From Octopus sinensis (lineage: Eukaryota), in assembly GCF_006345805.1 (NCBI RefSeq), contig NC_043012.1, positions 50,344,001 to 50,408,000 of the forward strand: 64,000 bases of DNA, written 5' to 3'. Of the stretch, positions 25,217 through 38,910 are shown in pieces. The translations under genes were made by a program, and so were the position numbers. Every line of letters starts with the position of its first letter. The stretch's first letter is position 1. Below the pieces are notes generated by a model, which saw only the letters and a program-made list of their open reading frames with translations, did no database searches and had not been told where the DNA came from.

Positions 25217-26575
25217 CATCATATCTATGTCTATTCATTGTCTCTAGATTCAGTACCACTCCTTAGACTTGGGAACATCAAATTCAATTGATAGCTGTTT
25301 GCTACTCTCGTCTAAGTTTTCGAATTAATCAAGATCCTTTTGGATCAATCCAAAACGCCTTTTTCTCATGTCCAGCACACATACATACATACATACATAT
25401 ATACATACATACACAGGCAGAGCATAAATAGTTAATACTAGGAAATGAAAGAAATCCAATTTTTTTTTATTTTTTTACATTTTTAGTTAGAAAAAATTTT
25501 TGTCAATGTATTTAATATAACAGGCAAGTGCTATGAGTGTTCAGTTTGGTTTACCGCTGAAACTCCAGCTTCAACTGCAACTGAGAAATGTGGTACTCAT
25601 GATATTGCCTATCAAATATGGCATTATGTAGGTAGATATACATCAAAACAGATAATGAACAAGGAAATTATTTGGCATCATTCTAGAACAGTTAATTCAT
25701 AACATAAACAGAGTAGTTATAAGAAATTCGTAACGTCTAAATACTTATTTATTATAACTGCTCTGTACTATGTTTATATCATAAATTAAATGTTCTAGAA
25801 TGATGCCAACAGTTTTGCGTGTTCCTTATCTTCTTTAACGTTTATCATTTTATGTTTTTACATAAATATAGAATGAATCACACTCCCACTTTAGTTATCT
25901 TTATATTCATATTTCATATTCGAATTTTCCTGCTCCTTTTCTTTGTTTTCTTCTTCGTTAACTATTTATTGTCTCCTTATAACTGTGCATATTTCTAACC
26001 ATGAATGAATATGTCAACCGTTATTACACACCTATTATTTTAATTCCACTGCAGAACGGTTTTCTCCGATTCCATACGAAAATCGCCTACTCATAGAAAC
26101 CTCCAACTATTTAAACCTTATAATATGAATGGCTTTTGTCACCGGACGATAACGACTATTGCCGAATCTTTGACAGTCCACCCTATAATGACTAGATATA
26201 TGATAATGTACAGTTGTTGTGTGTCTAAACAATAATTACGATTCAGATTTTACGCTTACACGCCGACACCCATTCATTTATACACACGCACGTACATACA
26301 CACAAGCATACACACATATATATATATATATAAACAAACACACATAAGCATAAGAGTATATGTATTTGTACATATATTTATATATGTGGAAATGCAAGAA
26401 ACTCATGTATGCATAATCATACATATATTATCTGCATGTACTTTTATATATGTGTGAGAGTGTGTGAGCCTGTGTATTTACATGCACTTTCATATGTGTG
26501 CGAAAATATATACACTAACAGCGCTTTAATATTAATATCAAGATAAACTCATGTACCTCTCTGTCTGTATCTATT

Positions 26576-26622
26576 ATGTATGTATGTACGTATGTATGTA
26601 TGTATGTATGTATGTATGTATG

Positions 26623-26666
<44 letters not shown>

Positions 26667-26685
26667 GGTCTGTCTGTCTGTCTGC

Positions 26686-26749
<64 letters not shown>

Positions 26750-26750
26750 A
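26576..26750. repeat. Compound (TATG)n(TATC)n(TGTC)n microsatellite
   Basis: Direct reading of the sequence. Confidence 0.95.
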
Positions 26751-26820
26751 TAACTATCACTCCAGCTCTCACTCACAACTTTTCTCTATACTCCCTCACT
26801 ATATCTTCTTGTATATATAA

Positions 26821-27195
26821 ATAGGATTGGCTATGCGGTAAGTAGCTTCCTTACCAACCACATGGTTCCGGGTTCAATCCCACTGCGTAGCATCTTGGGC
26901 AAGTGCCTTCTACTATAGCCTCGGGACGACCTAATCTTTGTGAGTGGATTTGGTACACGGAAACTAAAAGAAGTCTGTCGTATATACATGTGCGTGTGTG
27001 TAAGTTCGTTTGTCCCCCCACCATCGCTTGACAACCGATGTTGGTGTGTTCAGGTCCCCGTAACTAGCGGTTCGGCAAAGAAACCGATAGAATAATTACT
27101 AAGCTTACAAAGAATAAGTCTTGGGGGTCGAATTGTTTGACTAAAATGCGGTGCTCCAGCATAGCCGCAGTCAAATGATTGAAACAAATAAAATA
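26821..27195 (+). mobile_element. SINE family A
   Basis: Same head, core and tail as 16707; short internal TA tract. Confidence 0.88.
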
Positions 27196-27207
27196 ATATA
27201 TATATAC

Positions 27208-27500
27208 GGCCCATGACTTAATGGCTTGAGCGTCGGACTCACGATCATGAAGTAGTGAGTTCGAATCCCGGACGGGGATGTGTGTTCTTCAGGAAGACAC
27301 TGTATTTCATGTGGCTCCAGTTCACTCAATTGTAGAAGTGACTTGCAACGACGTCACTGCTTCCAAGCTGTATCGACATTTGCCTTTCCCTTGCTCAGCA
27401 TCAATGGCGCAGAGAAGAGCGGCTGGTATGCATGGGCGACTGCCAGTCTTCAATAAACAACTTTGCACGGACTTTTGCCGCGTTTGTTAAATTTCTAGTT
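27208..27500 (+). mobile_element. tRNA-derived SINE, family D
   Basis: A-box-like TGACTTAATGG and B box GAGTTCGAATCCC, followed by a distinct body. Confidence 0.7.
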
Positions 27501-27541
27501 GCAACTCCATGATAATTCTTGAACGAAGTGGGTCTTATAAC

Positions 27542-27609
<68 letters not shown>

Positions 27610-29189
27610 ATGTAAAATTATATTTTGTACCATAAGCCTAGATTTACGGCATGACAGCTATGAAATAGAAATTCACACGTGTACAGGCATGCATGAGTGG
27701 ACACATCACCATATTTATCCCTATAGAAAGTGGTAGTTAAAGCAGAAAATAAATATACGCTGCCACACACTTAGGCATTCTCATATATATATATATTTAT
27801 GTTAATATATGTATATACGTACGTTATATATATATTTATGAGCATATATATATGTATGTATATGTATATATATATGTATATATATACATGCACACACACA
27901 CATACACCTCGTAAGAGCGGGAAGATCTAAAATCAACGAAAAAATTATTTAGCATGATTTGATATCTTCCCTTTCTCCCACTCACTTTCAACTTCGCTGC
28001 ATAATCTGTTAATTTCACAAGGAAGCTTCTTTACTCCTAAAAAAAGTTACAATGATTGGAAAAGATACGAACACTGGAATCTTCAGTTGAAAACCAGTCA
28101 TTATATCTACTTGGTCATCGTAATTACTTACCATATGAATTAATGTCTAGGCAATCATATAAAAGAAGCTAAGTTGTCGATCTAAGTTACTGATTGGTTC
28201 AAACTGATATATTGCTGAAATATTGCTTTGAAGCTACTGTTCTCCTGACGTATAGTCGATTAAGTTTGTCGATAAATTTATTAGATTTTTCCTTGGAAAT
28301 TAATTAATTCTCGTTATATACGCGAGAAGCACGCAATTGCTTTCATGTCTATTGTTCTAAATAGATTAAACCGAGACTTAATATATACATTCAAAACCAA
28401 CGTCTATGCTTATAAGAAAAACAAGGAATAAATATTACAATATACTTGTAGATAATATATTGGCTTAATTCATGATATATGGATATATTTATTATATTAA
28501 AATTTGCATTTGTAAGAAATTACAGTTTTCGATAAAGGCGATGTGATAACTTTCGAAAATTTTTCTCACAAAACAATCAGGTTTTATTAAGATGAAAGAA
28601 GATTTGACGCAATGTTGTACTATTAAACAACATGGTTTTACATTAAAAAGAAAATTTTGTAAATAATTCTATTTAATTTTATTATGTTTACACCATAACG
28701 TCGAGGAAACCACGAATCATTCAATGTTTGAGAGAGAGAAAGTGGATATTTAAATGGCGGAGTGGTTAATATTTTCAGTTATGGATTAAAGATTTGCAAT
28801 ATCGCGTCTGCTTTATTTTCAATAGATTCCAGCAACACTGAACAATTGAAGATTACTAGGGAATAACAGATATTTGGGGAAGCTGGTGCGGGAGGTATCG
28901 TAATAATGAGGTCGGTGGATTGGTTTTAAATGCGAAGGCGATTTCTTTTCCAAATAAAATTGTGTAAACGAAAGCTAAATCCGAACCAGTTATAGTTGAT
29001 AATTGTTGTATGTAAACAGTCGCTCGCGTCATACATTATCATGTTGAATCTGCATGAGGTATAGTTGAATTTTACAAGGGTCTGTGTTCTAAATATCCAT
29101 TTACGCTTTAAAAGTGACTCTTCCAATATATTAATTCTGAGTCTATCCTACGGGAACAAATATATATATACATATATATATATATATCT

Positions 29190-29304
29190 CCGTGATCACC
29201 GTGACCGACCAGGCTATCAGATGTTGCTACATATCGCTGGTCACAATGCGCTTCGCATTGTTTAGCCTTCAAATGACGCCACCCCGCTGGCTAAGCGAGC
29301 CGGC

Positions 29305-29305
<1 letters not shown>
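29190..29305 (-). mobile_element. 3' tail fragment shared with SINE family C
   Basis: Nearly identical to 62730-62825. Confidence 0.75.
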
Positions 29306-29368
<63 letters not shown>

Positions 29369-29384
29369 CTATATGTAGAAAAAT

Positions 29385-29699
29385 ACAAACTGGGACAAGA
29401 ACGTAAAACATTTGGAAGACGATACAAAAAACACGGACGGGACATTCGGAGCCTTCAATCTTCAGTCAAGAACCGGATAATCCTAGCAATTTCGGCTGAT
29501 TAATCTTGAGATCGCTCCGATCCGACCAGCCCCAAAGATATCTTGGAAGAAGGATCGAATGTATACGAAACAGGGACAGAAAAACGGACGATGCCACACG
29601 AATATAAAATACAAAAAGCAATAATGGTAAAAACAGGTAAAAGCGGATGTCTTACGACTAATAAGCAGTACAAGTTAGCTGGCGTATTTTGAACAAATG

Positions 29700-29700
<1 letters not shown>
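29385..29700 (-). mobile_element. Unclassified interspersed repeat fragment, possibly PLE-derived
   Basis: Higher-GC non-coding block between (TA)n arrays, with a GGCTG...CAGCC-GAAA motif like family A but no CTGANGA core. Confidence 0.3.
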
Positions 29701-29733
<33 letters not shown>

Positions 29734-30463
29734 ACGTTTAACTGCATACATTGCCATTTCCTGGAAGGTACATACAACAAAAAAGAAATGGCTTATTATT
29801 GTTTCTGAGCTAACGTATATTGTAATTCCAAATACTCTTGGAGTTTGCTTTAGATTGGTAGCGAACACTCCAACAACACTCATTACATAGCAGAGTAAAT
29901 AGTATAATCAAGCAAATTTAATAATGAATTATATTGCTGCTGTTATTACGGCTTATTCCAGTGTCGGTCCTCATCAATAGTTCACTGATACAATGTGAAC
30001 AGCACCATCATATTTGTCTAATGCATTCTACTTTAGTTAAAAGGTAGAATGGAACTTTAAAAATATTTGGGTGTAATTCAATTCGGGGTCAAGCGACTGT
30101 GCTTTTCCTTCCTCATCTGTGGAATAAATTGAATTTGTCTTCTAAATATATGAGAAATATTTTACTATTTTATACCGTTATAAAGCTATAGTTTTCCAGC
30201 TGTAAATTAGCTGAGACGTGAAATAAGGAAGAATAAATATGTTTTGTGGAGACCAAAACGAAAAGTTTCTCATTGCAAAATCTGTTAGAGTATTCTAGGA
30301 ATTGAGATATTTGTCGATGATGCGTACAATTTTTTTATTGTAAGAAAAGTAAACCAACCAATATTGCTTTGAGCAACGAAGAAATAAAGGGTAGCTCGAT
30401 ATAGGAACAAGAAGTGACAAACTTACTCGAGTTATATTCAGTCTCTGTATATTATGCATCTAG

Positions 30464-30507
<44 letters not shown>

Positions 30508-30966
30508 TCTAATCCAAATAAAAAAAGTTTCCTAACGCTATATAACGTGTATACACAAACGTGAAAATAACACTACGACTCTAACACATACACACTAATA
30601 CAGACACACCTATGTGTGTGTGTGTGTATGACTATATATGCAGATATATATATATATACCATATACTTAAATGATGAGGATTTAGTTATTCGATCACTCG
30701 AATTAACTGCTTCGATTGTAAGGAACGCTTGGAGAAAATGTCCATACAATAAAACCGTTCACGTAATACGCTAGCAGAATCAGAGTAACATAACAGTATC
30801 TCGTTAATTACATATATAATTTAGACAATAGTCTCTTTTACTAAATTTTAATAACTTCGTACAAATCTAATAAAATACTATGCAATGAAATCTAACCGTA
30901 AACTTTGGAAATTTGGAGTTAACTTCCAAAATATTCAACCCTTTGGACCTACTGGCACACACAGAG

Positions 30967-31008
<42 letters not shown>

Positions 31009-31657
31009 TCACACAGAAAAGCACACAAATCACACCCATATAATACAGAGACATTATGTATACTTTATGATATATAAATGTGTGTGTGTATGTATGTACA
31101 TATGCATATAGCCATATATTTCGTTATAGATATGGATCTATCTGTCTTTCTCTCTCTCCATATACATATATAAACATATATTCACATACAAATATTTATA
31201 TATACATACATATATATATAAAATTCAAATCGTCAACTTTGTCTATATATCTACCTTCTCTATAATGTTATCAATTAATATGAACATTATTTATTAATGG
31301 AAAACCTCTATAAATGGCTGATGATTGCTCAATATTTTAAAACTGTTATAATACTTACAATGTTTAATAAAATGAAGTAGCCTGAAACGATCGTACCTAA
31401 TTACCGGAGATATTCTTGTTGTTTATTTTGAGCATATATATATATATGAAGCTGTGTGTGTTTGTGTGTTTGTGTAATTGTCCAATAATTTTTGTGAGTC
31501 AGAAAAAATGCCCACATATATAGTAATATGAAGGAATTATTATTCATATGATACCATAATTTCAAATCAGCCGAACAGGTTAAAGTCTACTAATCCATTC
31601 AGCCATATTCGCTACCTGCTCATTTTGCTTCTTTCACTGTGTTTTGAAACCCTTCAT

Positions 31658-32143
31658 GGATCTTTTCGGTTTGAACGACAGTTTTTCTATCGGTGTCATA
31701 TGAAATTGTCACCCACAATTATGACCCTAGTATCGATCTATTGTATTTCAATCTATTTTAGGGTTAGTGTTAGTTAGGGTTAGTTAGGGTTAAGGTTAGT
31801 TAGGGTTAAGGTTAGTTAAGGTTAGTTAGAACGACAGTTTTTCTATCGGTGTCATATGAAATTGTCACCCATAATTATGACCCTAAAATCCAATCTGGTT
31901 CTTAAACGAGGGACATATTCATACGGCGCAGAATGCTTTTTAACTCAATAGACGTCACTGGTTGGTTGCAATAACAGAAATTGAAGAAAAAACAACAACA
32001 AATATCTTACAAACTGTGGAATATTCTCAATAAAGCCAAGAGAAAAAGAAGTTTTATAAAAACATTCTACCAGTATAGAAGTTCAAAATTTTTTAGTTAC
32101 CTAGAAGTTATGTTAAAAACTGCCGTTCAAACCGAAAAGATCT
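31658..32143. mobile_element. MITE with about 29-bp TIRs (GGATCTTTTCGGTTTGAACGGCAGTTTTT) and an 8-bp TSD; internal TTAGGG-like tract
   Basis: TSD CCCTTCAT at 31650-31657 and 32144-32151, TIR at both ends, internal duplication of the 5' segment. Confidence 0.9.
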
Positions 32144-32572
32144 CCCTTCATTAATAAATTTAAAACCATATCATAGACTATAAGTAATGGGGTTAGAACT
32201 ATCTCCATCCGGTCAACGACACATTGTTCCGTCTTACAGTTCACTTTCTAGCAATTGCTGGAGTTCATTGAACGAGAAATGGAATAGGGTATCGTAATGT
32301 GAAGTGTTTTGGTCAAGAACATGACTCACACCCTAGTCCGAAAATCGAAACCACGATATTATGATTGTGACTGCAACTTGCTAACCAACAGTTAACATAT
32401 CTTCCCCCAGTAAATTTAAGTACAAAATATGTCTTTTGTTTTCAAATACTCACTGACAAATACACAAATACTTTAATTTGTGCACGCTTACGTCTATGTG
32501 TGTGCGCACGCGCAAATGTCTTTGTGTCTGTGTTATTATTTGCACATGTAACTAGTTGACTCCATATATATA

Positions 32573-32728
32573 TGAGTTCAAATTCCGCCGAGGTCGACTT
32601 TGCCTTTTCTCCTTTCGTGGTCGATAAATTAAGTACCAGTTACGCACTGGGGTCGATGTAAATCGACTTATTTCGTTTGTCTGTCCTTGTTTGTCCCCTT
32701 TAAGTTTAGCCACTTGTGGGTAATAAAG

Positions 32729-32731
<3 letters not shown>
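32573..32731 (+). mobile_element. SINE family B, 5'-truncated
   Basis: GAGTTCAAATTCCGCCGAGGTCGACTTTGCC... core shared with 34498, 45721 and 59669. Confidence 0.88.
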
Positions 32732-32774
<43 letters not shown>

Positions 32775-32846
32775 TATATATATATATATAAGGATATATA
32801 TATAAATAGATAAATATATATATGTATATATATATATATATATATA

Positions 32847-32881
<35 letters not shown>

Positions 32882-33518
32882 AGGATATATATATAAATAG
32901 ATAAATAGATAAATATATATATGTATATATATATATAACTATTTTTGTAGTGCGCATGGCAAAATTTTGGAGGGAAGATTTACGAATTCAAACGTCTATG
33001 TAGGTTTAGCTTTTGCTCACTTTCTTCAAATATTTTGATGTCGCATGGTCAGAAGGTTTGAGGTACGTAGCATTTGATAAATCTATGATAAATCTTTTTC
33101 AATGGAAAGCTGTGCTGAAGAAGGATGTGAAATATATATGCAATGTATATGAAATATATATCAAAAATATATATGAAATATATATTCAATATGTTTATAA
33201 TCCAGAAACATGATGTTCACAGATAACCGCCAGACTTCGTTTTCGTTATCTATTCCTTCTGTTTTGCTTATGTGAATTACAGGGTTTGTCGTGCCCGGAG
33301 TCCAACTTTGATAGAAATAAGCATTCTTGACTGCTATTTCTATTTTTTCGGTATGCGGTCAAGCAACCTGTCTGCCTGTCCCTTTTTCTTATATACAATA
33401 TATATACTGAACTTTACAGAAGTTCCTGCCAGTAATCGGTTATATTTACATACCGAATTCTACCAGTAAATAATTGGGTTTTTTTTTAAAAGCCTTTATA
33501 GAAGTTATTTACTCTTAT

Positions 33519-33558
<40 letters not shown>

Positions 33559-33928
33559 CGAGGGAAAGATTTGTCTGAGTCGTTAAAAATATTTATACTA
33601 CAACCTGAAATCAAGGGTCCAGGCTCCATATTTGGCATCCTGAGCACGACCTTTATATTTCTTTCAAAATTGTGTCAAAAGAGTTTGAAATTTTGGCACA
33701 GTGCTACCAAATCGAGAGAGGGTGCAAGTCGAAGTATATGTTAATTATTGTGCATTGTAAGACTAATTAAACTAGAAATATTTAGTTCTAGTCAAGGTGT
33801 ATTCATTTACTTACAACTAGAGTGAATACCCTAACCACTTAGCCACATGCCTCTACACGTACATATATATCAGCATCTTCATTTAGAAGAAGAACAGTAT
33901 AATATATATGAAAGGTTATATATGGTTG

Positions 33929-34020
<92 letters not shown>

Positions 34021-34497
34021 CTCTCTCTCTCTCTCTCTCTGGCTCGCTGCTCGCTCCGTTTGTGTGTATTTCTTCTCTCACAACCACATTCACCATCTTG
34101 TTAAATGGCTCTTGTTAAATACATACATACATACGTACATTCATGTGTGTGTGCTATTATGTATATGCATGTGTGTGTGTGTTTGTGCATATGTGCGTAT
34201 GTGTGTGTGCGTGTGTGTATGACCTTTCAATTAAGCGCACACACGCATATAAAACCTTCCAACTATTAGTTTCGTAATTACATTTTCCCATCCAGGCGAG
34301 TAAGAAAGAACGAAAGACAGGATGGAAGGGAGGAAGAGAGGAAAGGAATAGCTTGTAGTTCTTATGTTTACTCTATGCATATACCATTTTGTGTGTGTGT
34401 GGTGTGTGTATTTGGAAGTACGTTTACATATATGTATGTGTATCCTCGTGTATTTGTGTGTGTGTACTTATGTATAAATGAAGGTATGTATTAATGT

Positions 34498-34729
34498 CTT
34501 TCTCTACTACCCACAAGGGGCTAAACACAGAGAGGACAAACAATGACAGACAAACAGATTAAGTCGATTATATCGACCCCAGTACGTAACTGGTACTTAT
34601 TTAATCGACTCCGAAAGGATGAAGGGCAAAGTCGACCTCGGCGGAATTTGAACTCAGAACGTAGCGGCAGACGAAATACCGATAAGCATTTCGCCCGGCG
34701 TGCTAACGATTCTGCCAGCTCGCCGCCTT
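34498..34729 (-). mobile_element. SINE family B, full length, 15-bp TSD
   Basis: TSD GGTATGTATTAATGT at 34483-34497 and 34730-34744. Confidence 0.92.
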
Positions 34730-34769
34730 GGTATGTATTAATGTAGGTATGTATTAATGAATGTATATG

Positions 34770-34847
<78 letters not shown>

Positions 34848-35035
34848 GTATACGTAACACGATCTCTCGAGAACCATAAGTTTTGATTTCCTTTGTTTTC
34901 TAATTAGTTACTTTACCTTAGTATTGAAGATCTGACTAGTATTAGTCTTCTGAAATGCCTATTTACAAAATTAAAACATTTCGAGTGCTTACTCTGCAAC
35001 AGAAACAAAAATAAAATTTCAGTAGTACTTCCCTA

Positions 35036-35340
35036 GGATCTTTTCGGTTTGAACGGCAGTTTTTCTACCGGTGTCATATGAAATTGTCACCCATAATTAT
35101 GACCCTAGTATCGATCTATTGCATTTCAATCTGTTTGAGGGCTAGGGTTAGGGTTAGGGGTAGGGGGAAGGGTATATTTTTTCTTCACAAATGTAAATAA
35201 ACCCAATCTGTTTCTTAAACGAGGACATATTCATACAGCACAGAATGTTTTCACCGCAATAGACGTCCTTGATTGGTTGAAATTGCAGAAATTGAAGAGA
35301 AAACAACAAATATCTTACAAACTCTAGAATTTTCTGAATA
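35036..35340. mobile_element. One-ended, truncated copy of the GGATC-TIR MITE
   Basis: Left TIR and body present; ends abruptly at the TSD of the next copy. Confidence 0.85.
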
Positions 35341-35348
35341 AAGTGTTT

Positions 35349-35796
35349 GGATCTTTTCGGTTTGAACGGCAGTTTTTTTCTAGCGGTGTCATATGAAATT
35401 GTCATCCATAATTATGACCCTAGTATCGATCTATTGCATTTCAATCTATTTTAGGGTTAGTGTTAGTTAGGGTTAGTTAGGGTTAAGGTTAGGTTTAGGG
35501 GTGGGGAAAAAGGTATCTTTTTTCTTCACAAATGTGAATAAACCCAATCTGTTTCTTAAACGGTAGAATATTCATACGGCACAGAATGTTGTTTACCTCA
35601 ATGGACGTCAGTGATTGGTTGAAATTGCAGAAATTGAAGAAGAAAACAACAAATATCTTACAAACTATAGAATTTTCTCAATAAAGCCAAGAGAAAAAAG
35701 ATGTTTTATAAACACATTCTACCAGTATACGTAGTTAAAAAAATTTTAGTTACCTAGAAATTATGTTAAAAACTGCCGTTCAAACCGAAAAGATCG
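35349..35796. mobile_element. Complete GGATC-TIR MITE, 8-bp TSD
   Basis: TSD AAGTGTTT at 35341-35348 and 35797-35804, both TIRs present, TTAGGG-like tract near 35450-35500. Confidence 0.9.
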
Positions 35797-36871
35797 AAGT
35801 GTTTTGCTCAAGACGCAACATGCCGCCATAAATCGATCTCATGACCTTACGATCGTGTGTGGAATACCCTAACCACTAAGCCACGCGCCTCTACACATAC
35901 GTATGTATCAGCATGTTCAGTTACAAGAGGAGTAGTATTATATATATTACAGTCTGTATAGCTCTACAGCCAGCAGAAATATATTGTATTTCAATGAAGA
36001 TTATTATTTGTAATGTTATAAAACATTTACTGCTCATGACCTACATGAACTTCACTTTTATTGTAATATTTTTCCATCCGTTAATCTTCAAAAGACAAGT
36101 GTTTCTGCTTTGCCATATAATGGTGGAGTATTTTTAGTTAGCAACTATGACAACAACGTCATATTTGATCTATTGACCATTGTTTTGACCCCTTGATACT
36201 TAAACAACAAGCAAAGTCTGTCTCCTTTACTACCGTGGTGATTTCATATTCAATATTTAACCATATAATCAGTCTGTTTTACTTAGGTTATTGTTTGCGA
36301 TTAGCTGGAACTCGACGCATTGCTTTCTTTGTAATGGTGTCCCAATTTGTGTAAATCTGACCAAAATTTACATTGCGCCTCATTCTTTTTGTAACAACAA
36401 AATAAATACCAGTTGTATTATAAGGTAAAATTCGTTGAAATTATATTATTTTAGAATAAATGTTTGTGCAAACAAACTTGACAAAGACGCTCTCAAAGCT
36501 AAACGTCTAAATGTATTCAGAGATACGAAGGACAGCAGTATGTCTAAGCTATGTGTTAGGTACAACACGTATCTACATTTGTCCCTTGCTTTCGAAATAG
36601 AAACGAATTTTTCATTAATGCCGAGCTTGTAAATTCAATAAATATTTTAATGTTAATTTATTGAAATTTTCTCCCCTTCCTTGTTGAGTCTCGATAACAA
36701 TCAGAGTTACACTTTCTTTATCATTTATCTGTCCATGATGGAAATTTTAATATAGTTAAGAATATATATAGAAATGCATGTGCGGGAGAGTGGGTATATT
36801 TACACACACATTACGAGACATACATATAATACATACACCTATGCTTATATAAACGCGCTCAAAACACACAA

Positions 36872-36931
<60 letters not shown>

Positions 36932-36961
36932 GGCATAAAAGAGCAGTACATTGTATAATGT

Positions 36962-37216
36962 TATCAGAAACGTACTCCTTCGAATCCAGAGGAAGAAAAA
37001 TATATTACATAAGTGACGGAAGAGCCCTTAGCCTGGACCGCCGGTAGGAGCTGGCCTTCGCGAGTGACTGCGAAGGTCATATCGGAGGTCAACATGCCCA
37101 TGGTGTTGGGCTACTTTACGAAGGACTTGTTTATAGTCGATTTTTGGGACCCCGACCACGATCCGAAGCAGTACCTAGGGGCAGCTTACAGTCTGGTTAG
37201 GGGCGAAGAAGAATAG
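36962..37216 (+). pseudogene. GC-rich decayed coding fragment of unknown, possibly LINE ORF1, origin
   Basis: One frame reads YQKRTPSNPEEEKYIT*VTEEPLAWTAGRSWPSRVTAKVISEVNMPMVLGYFTKDLFIVDFWDPDHDPKQYLGAAYSLVRGEEE*. GC content is visibly much higher than the flanks. Confidence 0.45.
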
Positions 37217-37472
37217 ACTTTGTACCGAAATATGTAAATTTGTAATGATTAATATTGTTGTCATTTTAGACGAAATGTAAGAGTCCATTGCCTCATGTAA
37301 TGATTTGTTAAAAAACAATGTTATAGAGAAGCAGAGGGTCGGCGGGCGCTGTCTATCTTTTCTCATCTTTATCATCCTTGTATCAATATCATTTATTTCA
37401 TTAATGTGTTGTCCAGCCCGCAAAGCAACCTAATCTATGTATTATCTTCATGACAACTTTAATGAAATAAAA

Positions 37473-37995
<523 letters not shown>

Positions 37996-38059
37996 AAAGA
38001 ATAATCATAATATTTTCTGTAGTTTATAGAACGTCAGTAGAGAAGTAGAAGATAGCGAG

Positions 38060-38400
38060 AAAAATAACAGAATCAAAGAGTAAACTAAAAAGAATTCCTT
38101 GCAAAAAAAAACAATGAAGTGAAAAAGAAAAAAAACTGATTTGTTTCTTTAGAATCGCTCGCATTCAACAGATGTCAATCAGGCATCTTACCCTGATTAC
38201 TAGGAACGCGGATCGCTTCCCATATTTGTTCTTCCGTCTACAAGAACTTACCCAGAACTAGGCACGTTCTATCGAACCATGCTCGGCGTTCTCCTCTATC
38301 TTCAGCAGATTTAGTAGAGGGCAGTAGTTTCCTGTTCATGCCCACGTTCTTGAAGTGGTACATGAAGGTTATGAGGCTTTGGCTAAAAGGGAAAATAATT
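38060..38400 (-). mobile_element. Probable L1/Tx1-type LINE 3' end (ORF2 C-terminus plus T-rich UTR)
   Basis: Reads NYFPFSQSLITFMYHFKNVGMNRKLLPS...CLVLGKFL*, reminiscent of Tx1 ORF2 C-termini (recalled similarity, not searched), followed by a T-rich tail. An exon reading is an alternative. Confidence 0.4.
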
Positions 38401-38642
38401 TTTTATGTCTTTTCAATCTTTTACGCTATGAATTTGGCTGTTGCATCAGAAAATTATCAAGAACCACATATGTCAACAATTCTCAAACATCAAACAAGAG
38501 ATTACAAAATAATTTCATCCCTCTGCCCGTATCTGGAGTAATAGATAAGACAATTAATACTAATTTCGTTTTTAGTTCAGGCTCAGGAAGAAGGGATTGG
38601 TCCTAGACATTTAAAAGCTGAGATAGTGGATTTTGAAGCCGA

Positions 38643-38910
38643 GGGCATATGGCGTTCCGGTTAAGAGCGTTCCATGCAGCGACTTGAATAATGATATTAA
38701 TAATAATAATAATGATAATAATAACAACAACAACAACATCGAAAAATACCTTAGGAATGAGATCCCAGGTTCGAAATTTCCCCAAGAAACCTGATGAAGG
38801 TTGGAGGCTATATCAGCCGAGACGTTGTATTAACAACAAACAAGATGAGGACAAATATCCGTCAAATGTAAATAATATAAATAATGTACATAATTCTACA
38901 TTTCTTAAAT
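38643..38910 (+). mobile_element. PLE 3' module copy (family A): internally deleted tRNA-like head, microsatellite, hammerhead with a GAGA core mutation
   Basis: GGCATATGGCG..GGTTAAGAGCG head, (TAA)n(CAA)n, CTGATGA at 38791-38797, GAGAC at 38819-38823. Confidence 0.8.

Noticed and set aside
25400-26190. Possible second mariner remnant
   Set aside because: Only a vague C-terminal resemblance; no catalytic motif or TIR pair could be confirmed.
29440-29540. Hammerhead on the minus strand (CTGAAGA..GAAT or GGCTG..CAGCC-GAAAT)
   Set aside because: The core and stems cannot be assembled into one consistent fold.
31755-31830. Chromosome end or telomere fusion site
   Set aside because: The TTAGGG-like tract is degenerate and internal to a TSD-flanked MITE.
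38152-38606. Plus-strand frames (IARIQQMS.., VHEGYEAL..) as exons
   Set aside because: They are the in-register antisense of the minus-strand LINE-like frame and are interrupted by stops.
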